Origin: Candidatus Methylacidiphilaceae bacterium
GTDB taxonomy: Bacteria; Verrucomicrobiota; Verrucomicrobiia; Methylacidiphilales; Methylacidiphilaceae
Assembly: GCA_050179015.1 (NCBI GenBank)
Contig: JBFXFN010000004.1
Location: 1,800-65,799, forward strand
Direction: 5' to 3'
Length of the DNA stretch: 64,000 nt
Shown here one piece after another: positions 28,909 through 43,040 of this stretch (the first letter of the stretch is position 1; every line of letters starts with the position of its first letter). The translations under genes and the position numbers were made by a program. Under the pieces are notes generated by a model. It was not told where the DNA came from. It searched no databases and saw only the letters and a list, made by a program, of their open reading frames with translations.

Positions 28909-29415
28909 ATGGGAGAAGAGGGCTCTGGGCAAGCGGTTTCGGCGAGCGAAGCCGCAGAACGGAGCTTTTCCCGTAGCCAGATCGAGAGGCTCCTTCCGCA
29001 AAAGCCGCCCTTCCTGTTTTTGGACGAGGCTGTTGTCGAAGAGAGCGGGGTACGGGCTAGCTATCTACTTCGAGGGGAGGAGGATTTCTTCCGTGGTCAC
29101 TTCCCGGGGAACCCGACCACTCCGGCTGCTATCGTCTTTGAGTCGCTTGGCCAGGCGGGCTGCCTCTGGCTCCGGACCATCAGGGGCGGTGCGAACGCGG
29201 GCGAGATTCTTTTTGCCTCATCCGATGGCGCCCGCTTCTATCGGAAGACGGGTCCGGGCGATCGACTGGAGTTGGAGCTCCGCACCATGCGGGCTATGGG
29301 AAGGATGGCCATCTTTTCCGGCAAAGTCTTTGCGTGCGGGCAAGAGGTTGCGCGAGTGAAGAGCATTACGCTGATCGTGATCGAACAAGAGCGCCTCATT
29401 GGAGGAGGCTTGTGA
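28909..29415 (+). CDS. FabZ/FabA-like hotdog-fold 3-hydroxyacyl-ACP dehydratase family protein
   Basis: LLPQKPPFLFLDEAV...FFRGHFPGNPTTPAAIVFESLGQAG matches the FabZ active-site His region. Exact specificity is unknown. Confidence 0.7.
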   Translation: MGEEGSGQAVSASEAAERSFSRSQIERLLPQKPPFLFLDEAVVEESGVRASYLLRGEEDFFRGHFPGNPTTPAAIVFESLGQAGCLWLRTIRGGANAGEILFASSDGARFYRKTGPGDRLELELRTMRAMGRMAIFSGKVFACGQEVARVKSITLIVIEQERLIGGGL

Positions 29416-30203
29416 GTGATGACGGCCGGCGGACGAGTTTTCTGGTCGTCGACGTCAGCAACTCCTTCACTAAAATCGCGGCGGTCCGGGAAGGCCGGCT
29501 CTGTGACCTTCAGCGGAGGACCACGAAAGAGATTGACCAGTCTTTTGTCCACTCGCTGGCGGCCTCTGCACCGGCCGTTCCGCTGGTTCTGGCGAGCGTG
29601 GTGCCCTCCCATACCAGACTCTTCCGACCTGCGTTCGGCCGTCGTCTTTTCCTTGTGCATGGCAGAGCTCGACTCGGTTTTCCCATCGACTATCCGAAGC
29701 CATCGGAGATCGGGGCGGATCGGCTCGCGAATGCGGCTGCGGCGCTCCACTTCTGGCAGCCCCCCGTGGTCGTCATCGATTTCGGGACGGCGACCAATTT
29801 CGATATCGTAAATGTCTCGGGTGCCTTCTGTGGAGGAGTGATCGCTCCTGGCCTCGACTTGATGACCCATTATCTTCACGAGCGAACCGCACTTTTGCCC
29901 AAAGTCCGACTGATCGAGCCGAGGCGGGGCTTCGGTCGGAGCACGGTCGAAGCGATTCGCGTCGGAGCGATCCACGGGTATCGCGAAATGATTCGCGGCC
30001 TGCTTATGGGAATTCGCAAGGAGCTTGGTGTGGACCGATTGACCGTAGCGGCCACCGGAGGGCATGCGTCTCTGATCGTGCGGGGGCTGCCCGAAGTATC
30101 CGCCCTGCGACCGAATTTGACCTTGGAAGGGTTGCGCCTCCTGGGGGAAAGGTGGCTTGCCGCCCCGGGTCTTGGAAGAACGCTCTCTTCCGGCTCACGA
30201 TAG
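29412..30203 (+). CDS. coaX: type III pantothenate kinase
   Basis: The GTG start overlaps the fabZ-like stop (GTGA) and is preceded by GGAGGAGG. The product has FLVVDVSNSFTK, GADRLANAAAA and VVIDFGTATNFD, the CoaX motifs. Confidence 0.88.
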   Translation: MSDDGRRTSFLVVDVSNSFTKIAAVREGRLCDLQRRTTKEIDQSFVHSLAASAPAVPLVLASVVPSHTRLFRPAFGRRLFLVHGRARLGFPIDYPKPSEIGADRLANAAAALHFWQPPVVVIDFGTATNFDIVNVSGAFCGGVIAPGLDLMTHYLHERTALLPKVRLIEPRRGFGRSTVEAIRVGAIHGYREMIRGLLMGIRKELGVDRLTVAATGGHASLIVRGLPEVSALRPNLTLEGLRLLGERWLAAPGLGRTLSSGSR

Positions 30204-30217
30204 AGCGCTAACTCAGT

Positions 30218-30703
30218 TCAGTCGCGGAAGTTTTGAAAAGAGAGCGAGAAGGGAAATTCTCTGGCTCGCAGCGCGGCGATCACCTGTTGGAGATCATCAC
30301 GGTTCTTGCCCGTGACACGAACCTGCTCTCCCTGGATCTGTGCTTGAACCTTCCGGCCTATCTCGCGGACGGCACGGGTCAGGAGCCGGGCGGCGTCGGG
30401 GTCGATCCCCTGCTTTACAACAAGCTCTTGGGACGCCTTTCCCGTGGAAGAAACCGAAGGTGGCTTGATTTCGATGTTTTTGAGGCTCACGTCTCGGCGG
30501 GCTAGCTTTGCCAACAGGATCTCGCGAATCACCGAGAGCTTGAATCCGTCGTTTGCCCTTAAATGGAGGGTGGGGCGCTCATAATCGATTTCGGCCCCCG
30601 CCCCCTTGAGGTCGAAGCGGTTGGCGATTTCCTTGCGCGCTTGGTTGAGTGCATTCGCCACCTCTTGCTCCTCTACTTCTGAAACAATATCGAACGAAGG
30701 CAT
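30218..30703 (-). CDS. yajQ: YajQ family nucleotide (c-di-GMP)-binding protein
   Basis: MPSFDIVSEVEEQEVANALNQARKEIANRFDLKG is the canonical YajQ/UPF0234 N-terminus. The product is about 161 aa. Confidence 0.88.
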   Translation of the reverse strand: MPSFDIVSEVEEQEVANALNQARKEIANRFDLKGAGAEIDYERPTLHLRANDGFKLSVIREILLAKLARRDVSLKNIEIKPPSVSSTGKASQELVVKQGIDPDAARLLTRAVREIGRKVQAQIQGEQVRVTGKNRDDLQQVIAALRAREFPFSLSFQNFRD

Positions 30704-30765
30704 GATGCGAGTTTCCACAGGGGATAACCGCTGGGCAACCCGGAAAATGCGCCTTTTCTCCGAGG

Positions 30766-34791
<4,026 letters not shown>

Positions 34792-34898
34792 CGGTCGCCT
34801 CAGCGCCGCCGGACTTCCTCGTGTTGACCGCAGGAAATCAACAATAAATCTCCACCAAGAGAGCGCCGAAATCCGTTGTTTGAGCGAGCTTCTGCTTG

Positions 34899-35672
34899 CT
34901 AATCCGCAGGGCAAGCGGGCTCCCCCGGAGAGGGAGGCCTCCGGGCAGCCTCGCGAGGGATCGAGGAGAGTCCGCCGTTGGGAACAGGAGTCGTCTCCGC
35001 AAGCAAAGCCGTGCGCTCTGCAGCTTCCTCCCAAAGACGGAACCCCCCGAGAAACGCAAAGGAGTTATCTCCTAGGCGCACGTAAGGCGGAAGCGACTTG
35101 AGAAGCTTGCGATTGCCTCCACCGACCACGAGGTAATCGACTTGAAAGGCTTCCCGGAAGAGCTTAACGACGCAGCGGACCTCCTCGCGCCATCGCTTCC
35201 TCCCCAAGCGGGAAAGCCCCGCATCACCCAGGATCTCTTCGTATGTCAACCCTTTCTTGTAGGGGAGATGGCTCGCTTCTAGGGGATGAAGAAGGCCGTC
35301 CAGGATCAGGGCCGTTCCCAGTCCAGTCCCCAAACCGAGGAAGAGCATTCGCCCGCCGGCATAGCTTCCCCAGGCCTGCATCGCGGCGTCGTTCACCAGC
35401 TTGACCGGGGTCCCAAAAGCACGCTCAAAATCGAACTCAACCCAACCGGAGCCGAGGTTGCGCGGCTCCGCTGCGGGTCTTCCTCCGGCCACCGGCCCTG
35501 GATAGCCGATCGAAATCGCTTCGAAGGGCCATCCGGTCACAACCTCGGGAAGGCGGGCGACTAGGTGCTGGGGAGTGAAGGCTGGCCCCGAAGGGATCTT
35601 CCGGGGACGCTTTTGGCCGGTAGCGAGCAGCTTCACATTGCGCCCACCGATGTCGATCGCAAGGACCTTCAT
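34899..35672 (-). CDS. ROK family sugar kinase (polyphosphate/ATP glucokinase-like)
   Basis: MKVLAIDIGGRNVKLL (phosphate-1 motif) and LFLGLGTGLGTALI are present. The product is 257 aa. Confidence 0.75.
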   Translation of the reverse strand: MKVLAIDIGGRNVKLLATGQKRPRKIPSGPAFTPQHLVARLPEVVTGWPFEAISIGYPGPVAGGRPAAEPRNLGSGWVEFDFERAFGTPVKLVNDAAMQAWGSYAGGRMLFLGLGTGLGTALILDGLLHPLEASHLPYKKGLTYEEILGDAGLSRLGRKRWREEVRCVVKLFREAFQVDYLVVGGGNRKLLKSLPPYVRLGDNSFAFLGGFRLWEEAAERTALLAETTPVPNGGLSSIPREAARRPPSPGEPACPAD

Positions 35673-35745
35673 CGTCTTAAGTCCATGCAGAGCCTCCCTT
35701 GCTCGACACCAAAGCGCAAGCGAAAATCCGCCGTCCTAGCAGTCG

Positions 35746-36582
35746 CTATTTTCGCTGCTCCTTCCGAAGGAGAGCCTTGCGGGCCCGTTCGAGGGCTTCC
35801 CGCTCGGATTTAGTCAGGCTGTCAATGCCGTTTCGAGAAATCTTATCGAGAATCATATCGATCGACTCAACCGGGGCATTCGTTCCCTTCTGTCGAGCCG
35901 GGGTGCGGGGAGAAGCGAAAGAGCGAGTCCGCTTTGTCCACTGCCGCCCCCAGAAGCGCAGCCACGACACGTTCGGCATGCGCACGGACAGATAGGCGAT
36001 CGCGGAGGCCACGCTGAGCATGAGCAGTGGAGTCCAAGCGTGGGCCGAGAGATCAATGAGAACATAGAGGGCCAGCAACACGATGGCATACCACTTCGCG
36101 GTGATGCCGAACATGAGCTCGGCGGCGGGGGACAGCGCGGCAAAGGCGACGAAGATCGCCATGTGAGCTTCGTCCGGACCATAAAAAGTTCCTCCGTTCG
36201 AGTCGATCAGGCTAAAGAGGACCGCGCAAACCGCCGGAGCCAGAATGAGCGAGAGATAGAGGAAAAAATACTTCTTTCGCCCCAGCGAAAACTCCACTTC
36301 GCGCCCGAACCAGAAGAACATCAACATCCAGAGAGCAAACCAGAGGGAAGGGGAATGAACCCAGGCATAGGTGAAGATCTGCCAGACCTTGCCCTGGGAG
36401 AGCACCGCCTGCGGGCTTAAAGAGAGCTCTTGGAACCATGCAAGCCGGTAGGTCGCGACCGACAACACGCCTACCACGAAGGAAAGGCAATGAAACGCAA
36501 TGAAGATGTCGGTCAGGTAAACCGGACGGTTTTGTAGGCGAAAAACCGGTTCTCCCCGACCATCTCCAGGCCAGTATCCCAT
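35746..36582 (-). CDS. rhomboid-like membrane protein (catalytic serine not evident) with C-terminal cytosolic helical tail
   Basis: The product has six or so TM segments and a rhomboid-type TM2 block, GKVWQIFTYAWVH. Where GxSG is expected I see only FYGPDEAH. The C-terminal segment is ILDKISRNGIDSLTKSEREALERARKAL. Confidence 0.6.
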   Translation of the reverse strand: MGYWPGDGRGEPVFRLQNRPVYLTDIFIAFHCLSFVVGVLSVATYRLAWFQELSLSPQAVLSQGKVWQIFTYAWVHSPSLWFALWMLMFFWFGREVEFSLGRKKYFFLYLSLILAPAVCAVLFSLIDSNGGTFYGPDEAHMAIFVAFAALSPAAELMFGITAKWYAIVLLALYVLIDLSAHAWTPLLMLSVASAIAYLSVRMPNVSWLRFWGRQWTKRTRSFASPRTPARQKGTNAPVESIDMILDKISRNGIDSLTKSEREALERARKALLRKEQRK

Positions 36583-36674
36583 GTGCTTGAGTCTGCCGAA
36601 TCTTGATTCGGTCGTAAATTCTGTTTTCTTAAGAAAAACGATCTCAGCGGCTTCTGCTCAAGCCGAAAATGACG

Positions 36675-38249
36675 CTAGGGGCGTACAAGGACGAACGTTT
36701 GCGCGCCTCCCCGGCGAATATAGAAAAGCACGGGCTCCTTGGCATGCTCTGCTGCGGCGATGCGAAGGAGGTCGCCGGTGTTGCGTATCTTTTCCGAGGC
36801 CTTGCCGACGTTGCGGATCTCTTCGATGACGTCTCCCGGTTGAAGCAGATCAAGAGACGGCGCCCCTTCTTCGACGTCGACGACATAAACGCCGACGGCA
36901 CGGGGCTGGAGCCCCAGCTGCGCCCGCAAGCCCTCGTCCAGGTTGACGATCTGCAATCCAGCGAAGGCGTTGCCGAGATCTCCGGTGCGGACGACTTGCC
37001 ATCGAGAGCTCTCTTCGGTACGGCTCCCTTGCTCCGGCTGCTCCGTAATCTGGGCTTGAACCGTGAGGGATCGCCCGTCCCGATAGAAGATGATGGGGAT
37101 CTCGGTGGAAGCCGATGTCTCGGAAACATAGAGCCGTAATTCCGCCGGATCGCGCACATTCATCCCATGGTATCGGACGATCACATCTCCCCGACGGATT
37201 CCCGCCTTTGCCGCCGGGGAATTCGGTTCGACTCGCGTTACAAGCGCTCCTGAGGTGTCCGGCAAGTTGAAGGCTTGCTGCATGTCTTCGTCCACTTCCT
37301 GGGCTTCTACGCCGAGGAATCCGCGGACTACTTTCCCCCGCGCGACAAGGCTTTCATACGCGAACCGAGCCAGCTTGCTGGGGATGGCGAAGCCGATGCC
37401 GTTGGACCCGCCGGTGCGCGAATAAATGGCCGTGTTCACGCCCACCAGCAATCCCTCCACGTTGATCAGGGCTCCGCCCGAATTGCCCGGGTTGATGGCG
37501 GCATCGGTCTGGATGTAATTCTCGAAGCCCGAGGAAGAAAGGTTCGGGTTGCGGCCCTTGGCGCTCACAATGCCGCGGCTGACCGATCCGCTGAGGCCGA
37601 ACGGATTGCCTACGGCGAAGACCTGTTCACCGACCTCGAGCCGGTCGGAGTCTCCCCAAAGGGCGGGCACAAGCCCTTTGGCTTCCACTTTGAGCACGGC
37701 GACATCTGCCGGCTCGTCCAATCCGAGGAGCTTGGCCTGATAGCGTCTGCCGTCAAAAAGCTGGATGCGAATCTCCCGAGCATTCTTGACTAGGTGTGCG
37801 TTGGTCAGGATGTGCCCCTGCGGGCTGAGGATGACCCCGGAACCGAGGGAGGTTTCCTCGTCCATGAGGACGCGGTGGGAGTTGCGGCTGCCCGGGTCCG
37901 CGGGCGGAGCCGACTCCGCGGAGTCGGCGCTGACGGGTCGCGCGGTGAAGATGTTCACGACACTGGGGAGAATCCGCGAGAGGACGTCCACATATTCGCG
38001 GTTTATCTCTTGCAGCAGCCCGCCGGCGGTGGAGTGAGACTCAATGCCGTGCGGCACCGGGATCGCACGGGGAATCAGAGGTTCCGACGCAGCGGGCGGC
38101 GGGGGCACGGGCTTAGGGGATGGGAGCAAAAGCTCCCGAATCCCCAAACCCAGCGCAACTCCCAGAAGCGCGACAAGGAGGAAGAGCCCTCCCCGTTTCC
38201 AGGGTCCCTTCAACTGCGTATGCCCTTCCATAAGGCGCAACATTTCCAC
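36675..38249 (-). CDS. periplasmic serine endoprotease DegP/DegQ paralogue (HtrA family)
   Basis: The 524-aa product has an N-terminal anchor and the triad context TNAHLV, DVAVLKV, GNSGGALI. Two PDZ-like regions follow. Confidence 0.9.
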   Translation of the reverse strand: MEMLRLMEGHTQLKGPWKRGGLFLLVALLGVALGLGIRELLLPSPKPVPPPPAASEPLIPRAIPVPHGIESHSTAGGLLQEINREYVDVLSRILPSVVNIFTARPVSADSAESAPPADPGSRNSHRVLMDEETSLGSGVILSPQGHILTNAHLVKNAREIRIQLFDGRRYQAKLLGLDEPADVAVLKVEAKGLVPALWGDSDRLEVGEQVFAVGNPFGLSGSVSRGIVSAKGRNPNLSSSGFENYIQTDAAINPGNSGGALINVEGLLVGVNTAIYSRTGGSNGIGFAIPSKLARFAYESLVARGKVVRGFLGVEAQEVDEDMQQAFNLPDTSGALVTRVEPNSPAAKAGIRRGDVIVRYHGMNVRDPAELRLYVSETSASTEIPIIFYRDGRSLTVQAQITEQPEQGSRTEESSRWQVVRTGDLGNAFAGLQIVNLDEGLRAQLGLQPRAVGVYVVDVEEGAPSLDLLQPGDVIEEIRNVGKASEKIRNTGDLLRIAAAEHAKEPVLFYIRRGGAQTFVLVRP

Positions 38250-38424
38250 AATTCCTCTCTCGCGGAAGCTGCTCTGCGATCAGGTCGGTTTCGCGCGTGA
38301 AGTCTCAGCGAGCGAAAAATGTCTTTCCCCCAAACTCTCCGAACACGTCCCCTTCCGGATTTCTCTCTCCCGCAAAGGGGGGCTAGACGAAACGTATATT
38401 GTCGAGCGTATTGTGCTGGCTATC

Positions 38425-39564
38425 TTAACGGCCCCTTCTCTTGGATTGCTCTATCACATCATACCCGTCTGAGGAAGCAGCGCAAGAGGGGCGAGAGGGG
38501 GTTGCGGCGGAATACGGTTCGGCGATCGTCGTCTGTATGGAAGGGCGACCGGCCGTTTGCGCCGCTTGACTGAAGGTACGGAAGTGCACCTTGGCCAAGC
38601 GGTGGAGCCTCTCGAGGCCGTGGCGGAGTGCGATTTCTCGAGCGACTTCCAGGACGAGGGAAGAGGCTCCCTTCGGGAGAGTCATTCCGGCCTCCTTGCC
38701 GAGAAGGGCGAGGCGGCGGAGGAACTCTGCTCGAGCCAGAAGAGATGCCGCGGCCACGGCGATATCAGACTCCGCCCGCGGCCTCTGTTCCACGAGAAGG
38801 GTTAGGCCCTGCTGCTCGAGCGCACGTTCGAGTACGTGGCCTTTGGCGAACTGATCGACGACCGCTCGGGGACACGCGGGGACCTTGCGCAGGAGTTCAG
38901 CGAGGGCTGTAGCATGCGCCCATGCAAGCAACCGGTTGAGATTGCCGAAACGGCGGTAGAGCTCATTGTACTTGGCCGGTCCAAGGACAACCACCGCGTA
39001 GCGGCCTGCCGCCGCTTTGCGGATCTCCTCGCTTAGTTGAATAGCGCGCCGATCGCTCTTCACCTCTTTGCTGTCGCGCACCCCGAGGCGTCGAAGCGCG
39101 CGGGCGATCTCTGGATCGACGTAAGCCGCCGCGACGATCAGGGGGCCGAAAAAGTCGCCCTTTCCACACTCGTCCGACCCCGCGTGTGGTAGGCTCTCTT
39201 CCGGCTCCAAGGCTTCTTCGTAACCCAGCCGCGCTTCCCGCAGAATCTCCGGCTCCAGAACCATTTCCACGAATTCCGCGGCATCCCTTCCCTGGATCAG
39301 GACCTTGCCGCTCCGGTAGGCGCGAACGTTTACCGATGGTCCACGCCCGTCGAAAAAGCCATGCTCGAGAGCCCGCATCTCGAATCCCTTCTCCCGCAAG
39401 CGCTTCCGAAGTTCGTCGATCTGCTTGGGCAACAGAGAGAAGGAAAAAGTGGAAGGGCCGGAAGAAGGCGGGGAGGTCGGGGAGGAATCGCATCCCCCCG
39501 AGGGGCTTCCCGACAAGAAAAAGTCCTTGGATCGGAAGAGCGTTCGCGTCAGAAGAGAGAACAC
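38425..39564 (-). CDS. rnhC: ribonuclease HIII
   Basis: The catalytic block HAGSDECGKGDFFGPLIVAAAYV (DE..GKGD) is preceded by an N-terminal TBP-like substrate-binding domain (VRAYRSGKVLIQG). The N- and C-terminal low-complexity ends make the exact start uncertain. Confidence 0.8.
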   Translation of the reverse strand: MFSLLTRTLFRSKDFFLSGSPSGGCDSSPTSPPSSGPSTFSFSLLPKQIDELRKRLREKGFEMRALEHGFFDGRGPSVNVRAYRSGKVLIQGRDAAEFVEMVLEPEILREARLGYEEALEPEESLPHAGSDECGKGDFFGPLIVAAAYVDPEIARALRRLGVRDSKEVKSDRRAIQLSEEIRKAAAGRYAVVVLGPAKYNELYRRFGNLNRLLAWAHATALAELLRKVPACPRAVVDQFAKGHVLERALEQQGLTLLVEQRPRAESDIAVAAASLLARAEFLRRLALLGKEAGMTLPKGASSLVLEVAREIALRHGLERLHRLAKVHFRTFSQAAQTAGRPSIQTTIAEPYSAATPSRPSCAASSDGYDVIEQSKRRGR

Positions 39565-39586
39565 GGGAAGAGCTTAGCGGATCGCG

Positions 39587-40621
39587 ATGAGAATCGAGAG
39601 CAAATTCCGTCACGAGTTCGGCCGGAGGCTGCTCGCCTGGTATCGCGAACATTCCGCGGACCTCCCCTGGCGGCGCGCGCCCAATCCCTACTCGGTGCTC
39701 GTGTCCGAGTTCATGCTGCAGCAGACCCGCGTCGCCTCGGTCGTTGCTTACTACACCCGCTGGATGGAGCGTTTCCCGAACTTTTCTACGTTGGCGGAAG
39801 CCTCGGAAGAGGAGGTGCTCCTATACTGGGAAGGACTGGGCTACTACACCCGCGCTTGCAATCTTCGCCGGATTGCGTGCCTGGTGGTGGCGGAGCACCA
39901 GGGCGAGTTGCCGTCGAGGCTGGACGAGCTTGAGCGCCTGCCGGGAGTCGGACGCTACACCGCGGGGGCCATCGCAAGCCTCGCCTTCGGGAAGAGAGCC
40001 CCTCTGGTGGATGGAAATGTCCGCAGGCTTTTTCGCCGGCTCTTCGCCTTACCGGAGGAGATCAGTTCTGATCACCTCTGGGAGATTGCCGAGGCCCTCC
40101 TGCCGCGCCCCAGCGATTGTGCCGCCCACAATTCGGCCTTGATGGAGATGGGGCGCACCATCTGCATGCCGAGGAGGGCGGACTGCCCGCGGTGCCCGGT
40201 AGCAGACCTCTGCGGGAGCCGTGGAAGATGGGTCTCGGGAGTGCGCAGAGCGTCTCCGACTCGGTGCGAGGAGTCCGCCGCCTTGATCGTCCGGGGGAGT
40301 CGGACCTGGCTTGAGCCCTCTCAAGGCGGCCGATATCGGGGTCTCTGGAAGCTGCCGATGCTCGATTCCGACCGGATGAGAAACCTCGGAGAAGCCTGTG
40401 GACTTTCGTATTCCATCACTCGATACCGCGTGCGTCTCACCGTGTTCTGGGCCGAGTGGAAAGAAAGAGAGCACGGAGAGGGAAGATGGGTCTTATGGGA
40501 AGAACTGGCGAGCCTTCCACTCCCTACTCCGCATCGAAAAGTCTTGGCCATCGCCTTGCCCTCCGGTGGTGCGGTGTCGAAGCCAACGGGAAGCGGATGC
40601 ATTCCGGGCAAGCCCGCGTAG
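39587..40621 (+). CDS. mutY: A/G-specific adenine DNA glycosylase
   Basis: DLPWRR...PYSVLVSEFMLQQT, HhH-GPD (LPGVGRYTAGAIASLAF) and a 4Fe-4S cluster loop (CMPRRADCPRCPVADLC) are present, with a C-terminal NUDIX-like domain. Confidence 0.92.
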   Translation: MRIESKFRHEFGRRLLAWYREHSADLPWRRAPNPYSVLVSEFMLQQTRVASVVAYYTRWMERFPNFSTLAEASEEEVLLYWEGLGYYTRACNLRRIACLVVAEHQGELPSRLDELERLPGVGRYTAGAIASLAFGKRAPLVDGNVRRLFRRLFALPEEISSDHLWEIAEALLPRPSDCAAHNSALMEMGRTICMPRRADCPRCPVADLCGSRGRWVSGVRRASPTRCEESAALIVRGSRTWLEPSQGGRYRGLWKLPMLDSDRMRNLGEACGLSYSITRYRVRLTVFWAEWKEREHGEGRWVLWEELASLPLPTPHRKVLAIALPSGGAVSKPTGSGCIPGKPA

Positions 40622-40708
40622 GCTAAGTTCATCCATTCCGGCTCATTCACCCCGGCTGTGCGGGGGAAGCGGTTGCTCTCCTGTCGCGCTTGCGCTACTC
40701 TCCCGAGG

Positions 40709-41776
40709 ATGATGTTGCCGATACAGGACCTTCGCGTTCGCTCCGTCGAGCGCTTGGTCTCTCCTCGCGCTCTCAAGGAAAGCCTCCCCTTGACCGAGAC
40801 CGCGAACCAGACCGTCTATGAGAGCCGCCTCACCATCCAGCGGATCTTATCGGGGGAGGATAGGCGTTTCTTGATGATCGCCGGTCCCTGCTCGATCCAC
40901 GATCCGGTGGCCGCTTTGGATTACGCCCGCTCTCTTCGGGAGCTGCAGGATGAACTCGATGGAGAACTCTTCCTTGTGATGAGGGCCTATTTCGAAAAAC
41001 CCAGGACGACGATCGGTTGGAAGGGGCTCATCAACGATCCCTTCCTGGACGGCTCGTGCAACATCCAGGAAGGACTGCGGCTCGCCAGGAAGCTACTGCT
41101 TCAAATCAACGAGATGGGTCTTCCGACCGCGAGCGAATTTCTCGATTCGATCACACCGCAGTATATCGACGATCTGGTCAGTTGGGCGGCCATCGGAGCA
41201 CGGACGACCGAGTCCCAGCTCCATCGGGAGATGGCGAGCGGGCTCTCCATGCCGGTCGGCTTCAAGAACGGGACCGACGGTTCGCTGCAAATCGCCGTCG
41301 ATGCTCTCGGCGCCGCGCTCCAACCCCATAGTTTCGTTGGAATCGACCAGGAAGGTTTCACCAGCGTCATTCGGACCTCCGGGAACCCTTGGGGCCATCT
41401 GGTTCTGCGGGGCGGGCATAAACGGAGCAACTATGATCCGGAAAGCATCCAGGAAGCTTGCGTTCGGCTTCTCAAAGGCGGGATGCCCCAACGACTCATC
41501 GTGGATTGCAGCCATGCGAACTCCGCGAAGCGGCCGGCCGTGCAGGAGACCGTGTTGGGAAGTATCCTCGAGCAGAAGCTCAGGGGAACCCCAGCGATCA
41601 TTGGGGCGATGCTCGAAAGCTACATATACGAAGGGAGTCAGAAGATTCCCGAAGATCTGACGCAGCTTCGGTATGGGGTCTCGGTCACCGATCCCTGCAT
41701 GGACTGGAAGACGACCGAGAAGGTGCTTCGTCATAGCAGCCGGCGAATCCGAGAAGCGTTCTCATCCGAATCGTGA
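40709..41776 (+). CDS. aroG: class I 3-deoxy-7-phosphoheptulonate (DAHP) synthase
   Basis: From Met18 of ORF 40658..41776 the blocks IAGPCSIHD, FEKPRTTIGWKGLINDP and VDCSHANS match the AroF/G/H family. The isozyme is not assignable. Confidence 0.9.
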   Translation: MMLPIQDLRVRSVERLVSPRALKESLPLTETANQTVYESRLTIQRILSGEDRRFLMIAGPCSIHDPVAALDYARSLRELQDELDGELFLVMRAYFEKPRTTIGWKGLINDPFLDGSCNIQEGLRLARKLLLQINEMGLPTASEFLDSITPQYIDDLVSWAAIGARTTESQLHREMASGLSMPVGFKNGTDGSLQIAVDALGAALQPHSFVGIDQEGFTSVIRTSGNPWGHLVLRGGHKRSNYDPESIQEACVRLLKGGMPQRLIVDCSHANSAKRPAVQETVLGSILEQKLRGTPAIIGAMLESYIYEGSQKIPEDLTQLRYGVSVTDPCMDWKTTEKVLRHSSRRIREAFSSES

Positions 41777-41791
41777 ATCGGTGCCAACCAG

Positions 41792-41819
41792 CCTTTCCCG
41801 TTCCGAGAGGACTTTTTTT
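41792..41819 (+). terminator. candidate intrinsic terminator after the DAHP synthase gene
   Basis: cctttc-ccgttcc-gagagg forms a 6-bp stem (one G-U pair) and is followed by acTTTTTTT. It lies 16 nt after the stop and ends 10 nt before the next ATG. The stem is weak. Confidence 0.35.
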
Positions 41820-41828
41820 CGAGCCACG

Positions 41829-43040
41829 ATGAACCTGTCGGCCGGACTCGCGGCTCTCCGGCGGCCTCGCGTTTTGTTCCTGATCGGCTTTGCCATCGCC
41901 TGCCTCTATGGCCGGGGATCCGAAGAATCTCTTGCGGCTCCGACGCGAAACCGGGAAGTCCCCCCCGCAGCCTGGCATCAGCTGGAACGAGCCGCACGGC
42001 ATGGAGATGCGGAGGCTCAATATCGATTGGGCGCCACCTATTTGGAGGGCCAGGGTGTGGAGCCCGACCCGAAAAAAGCCGTTGAATGGTACACGCAGGC
42101 CGCTCGGAACGGGTCGGCACCCGCCCAGGCCGCTCTAGGATTGCTTTACACCGTTGGTCTCGGCGTCGAACGAGATTTCCATCAGGCCTTTGACTGGAGC
42201 CGCCGGGCGGCCGAGCGGGGCGATGCCTTGGGAGAGTGGAGCCTTGGCGTCCTTTATGCTCATGGGTTGGGTGTAGAGCAGGATTATAGTCGAGCAGCCG
42301 AGTGGTACCGGAAGGCGGCCGAAGCAGGTCAGGCGGAAGCCCAGTATAGCTTGGGACGCTTGTTCGCCAAAGGCCGCGGGGTAGAGCGGAATCCCGCCAC
42401 CGCGGCCTTTTGGTATCGGAAAGCCGCCGAGCAGGGGTATGTGCCGGCACTGTTCCGTCTGGGTGTTGCTTACGCTAAAGGAGCGGGTGTCTCTTTGGAT
42501 TACGGCCAGGCGGCCTTCTGGCTCAAACGAGCGGCCCAAGAGGGCGATCCCTTGGCGCAGTCGGATTTGGCCGTGCTCTATGCCGAAGGGAAGGGTGTCT
42601 CGCAGGATCCGAAGGAAGCCGCTGCCTGGTGGCAGAGGGCGGCCGAGCAGGGGGAGGTTAAGGCTCAGGACAACCTGGGTGCCGCCTATGAGGCTGGGCA
42701 GGGGGTTCAGTCGGACTTAAGCACTGCGGCCCTCTGGTATCGGAAGGCGGCCGAGCATGGGTATCCGCCTGCAGCACGCCACTTGGCCCGCCTATACGAG
42801 GATGGCAGAGGGGTGCCCCGGGACCTGGCAGAAGCGGCTCTCTGGTATCGGAAGGCGGCGGAGATGGGGGATGTCGTCGCGGAGCGCGAGCTTGGGCATC
42901 TCTATCTCTCCAATGAGGAGAGCAAGGCCAATCGAGAAGAGGCCGAAGCCTGGCTCGAAAAAGCGGCTGAACAGGGAGACGCCGAGGCCAAGGAAGAGCT
43001 CTCGCTCTTGGAAAAGGCCGCAAAGCCCCGCACGCGCTGA
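41829..43040 (+). CDS. secreted Sel1-like (SLR/TPR-family) repeat protein
   Basis: From Met53 of ORF 41673..43040 there is a signal peptide. About nine to ten tandem 36-aa repeats follow, of the form A..WY.KAAEQG...AQ..LG.LY..G.GV..D. Confidence 0.88.
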   Translation: MNLSAGLAALRRPRVLFLIGFAIACLYGRGSEESLAAPTRNREVPPAAWHQLERAARHGDAEAQYRLGATYLEGQGVEPDPKKAVEWYTQAARNGSAPAQAALGLLYTVGLGVERDFHQAFDWSRRAAERGDALGEWSLGVLYAHGLGVEQDYSRAAEWYRKAAEAGQAEAQYSLGRLFAKGRGVERNPATAAFWYRKAAEQGYVPALFRLGVAYAKGAGVSLDYGQAAFWLKRAAQEGDPLAQSDLAVLYAEGKGVSQDPKEAAAWWQRAAEQGEVKAQDNLGAAYEAGQGVQSDLSTAALWYRKAAEHGYPPAARHLARLYEDGRGVPRDLAEAALWYRKAAEMGDVVAERELGHLYLSNEESKANREEAEAWLEKAAEQGDAEAKEELSLLEKAAKPRTR

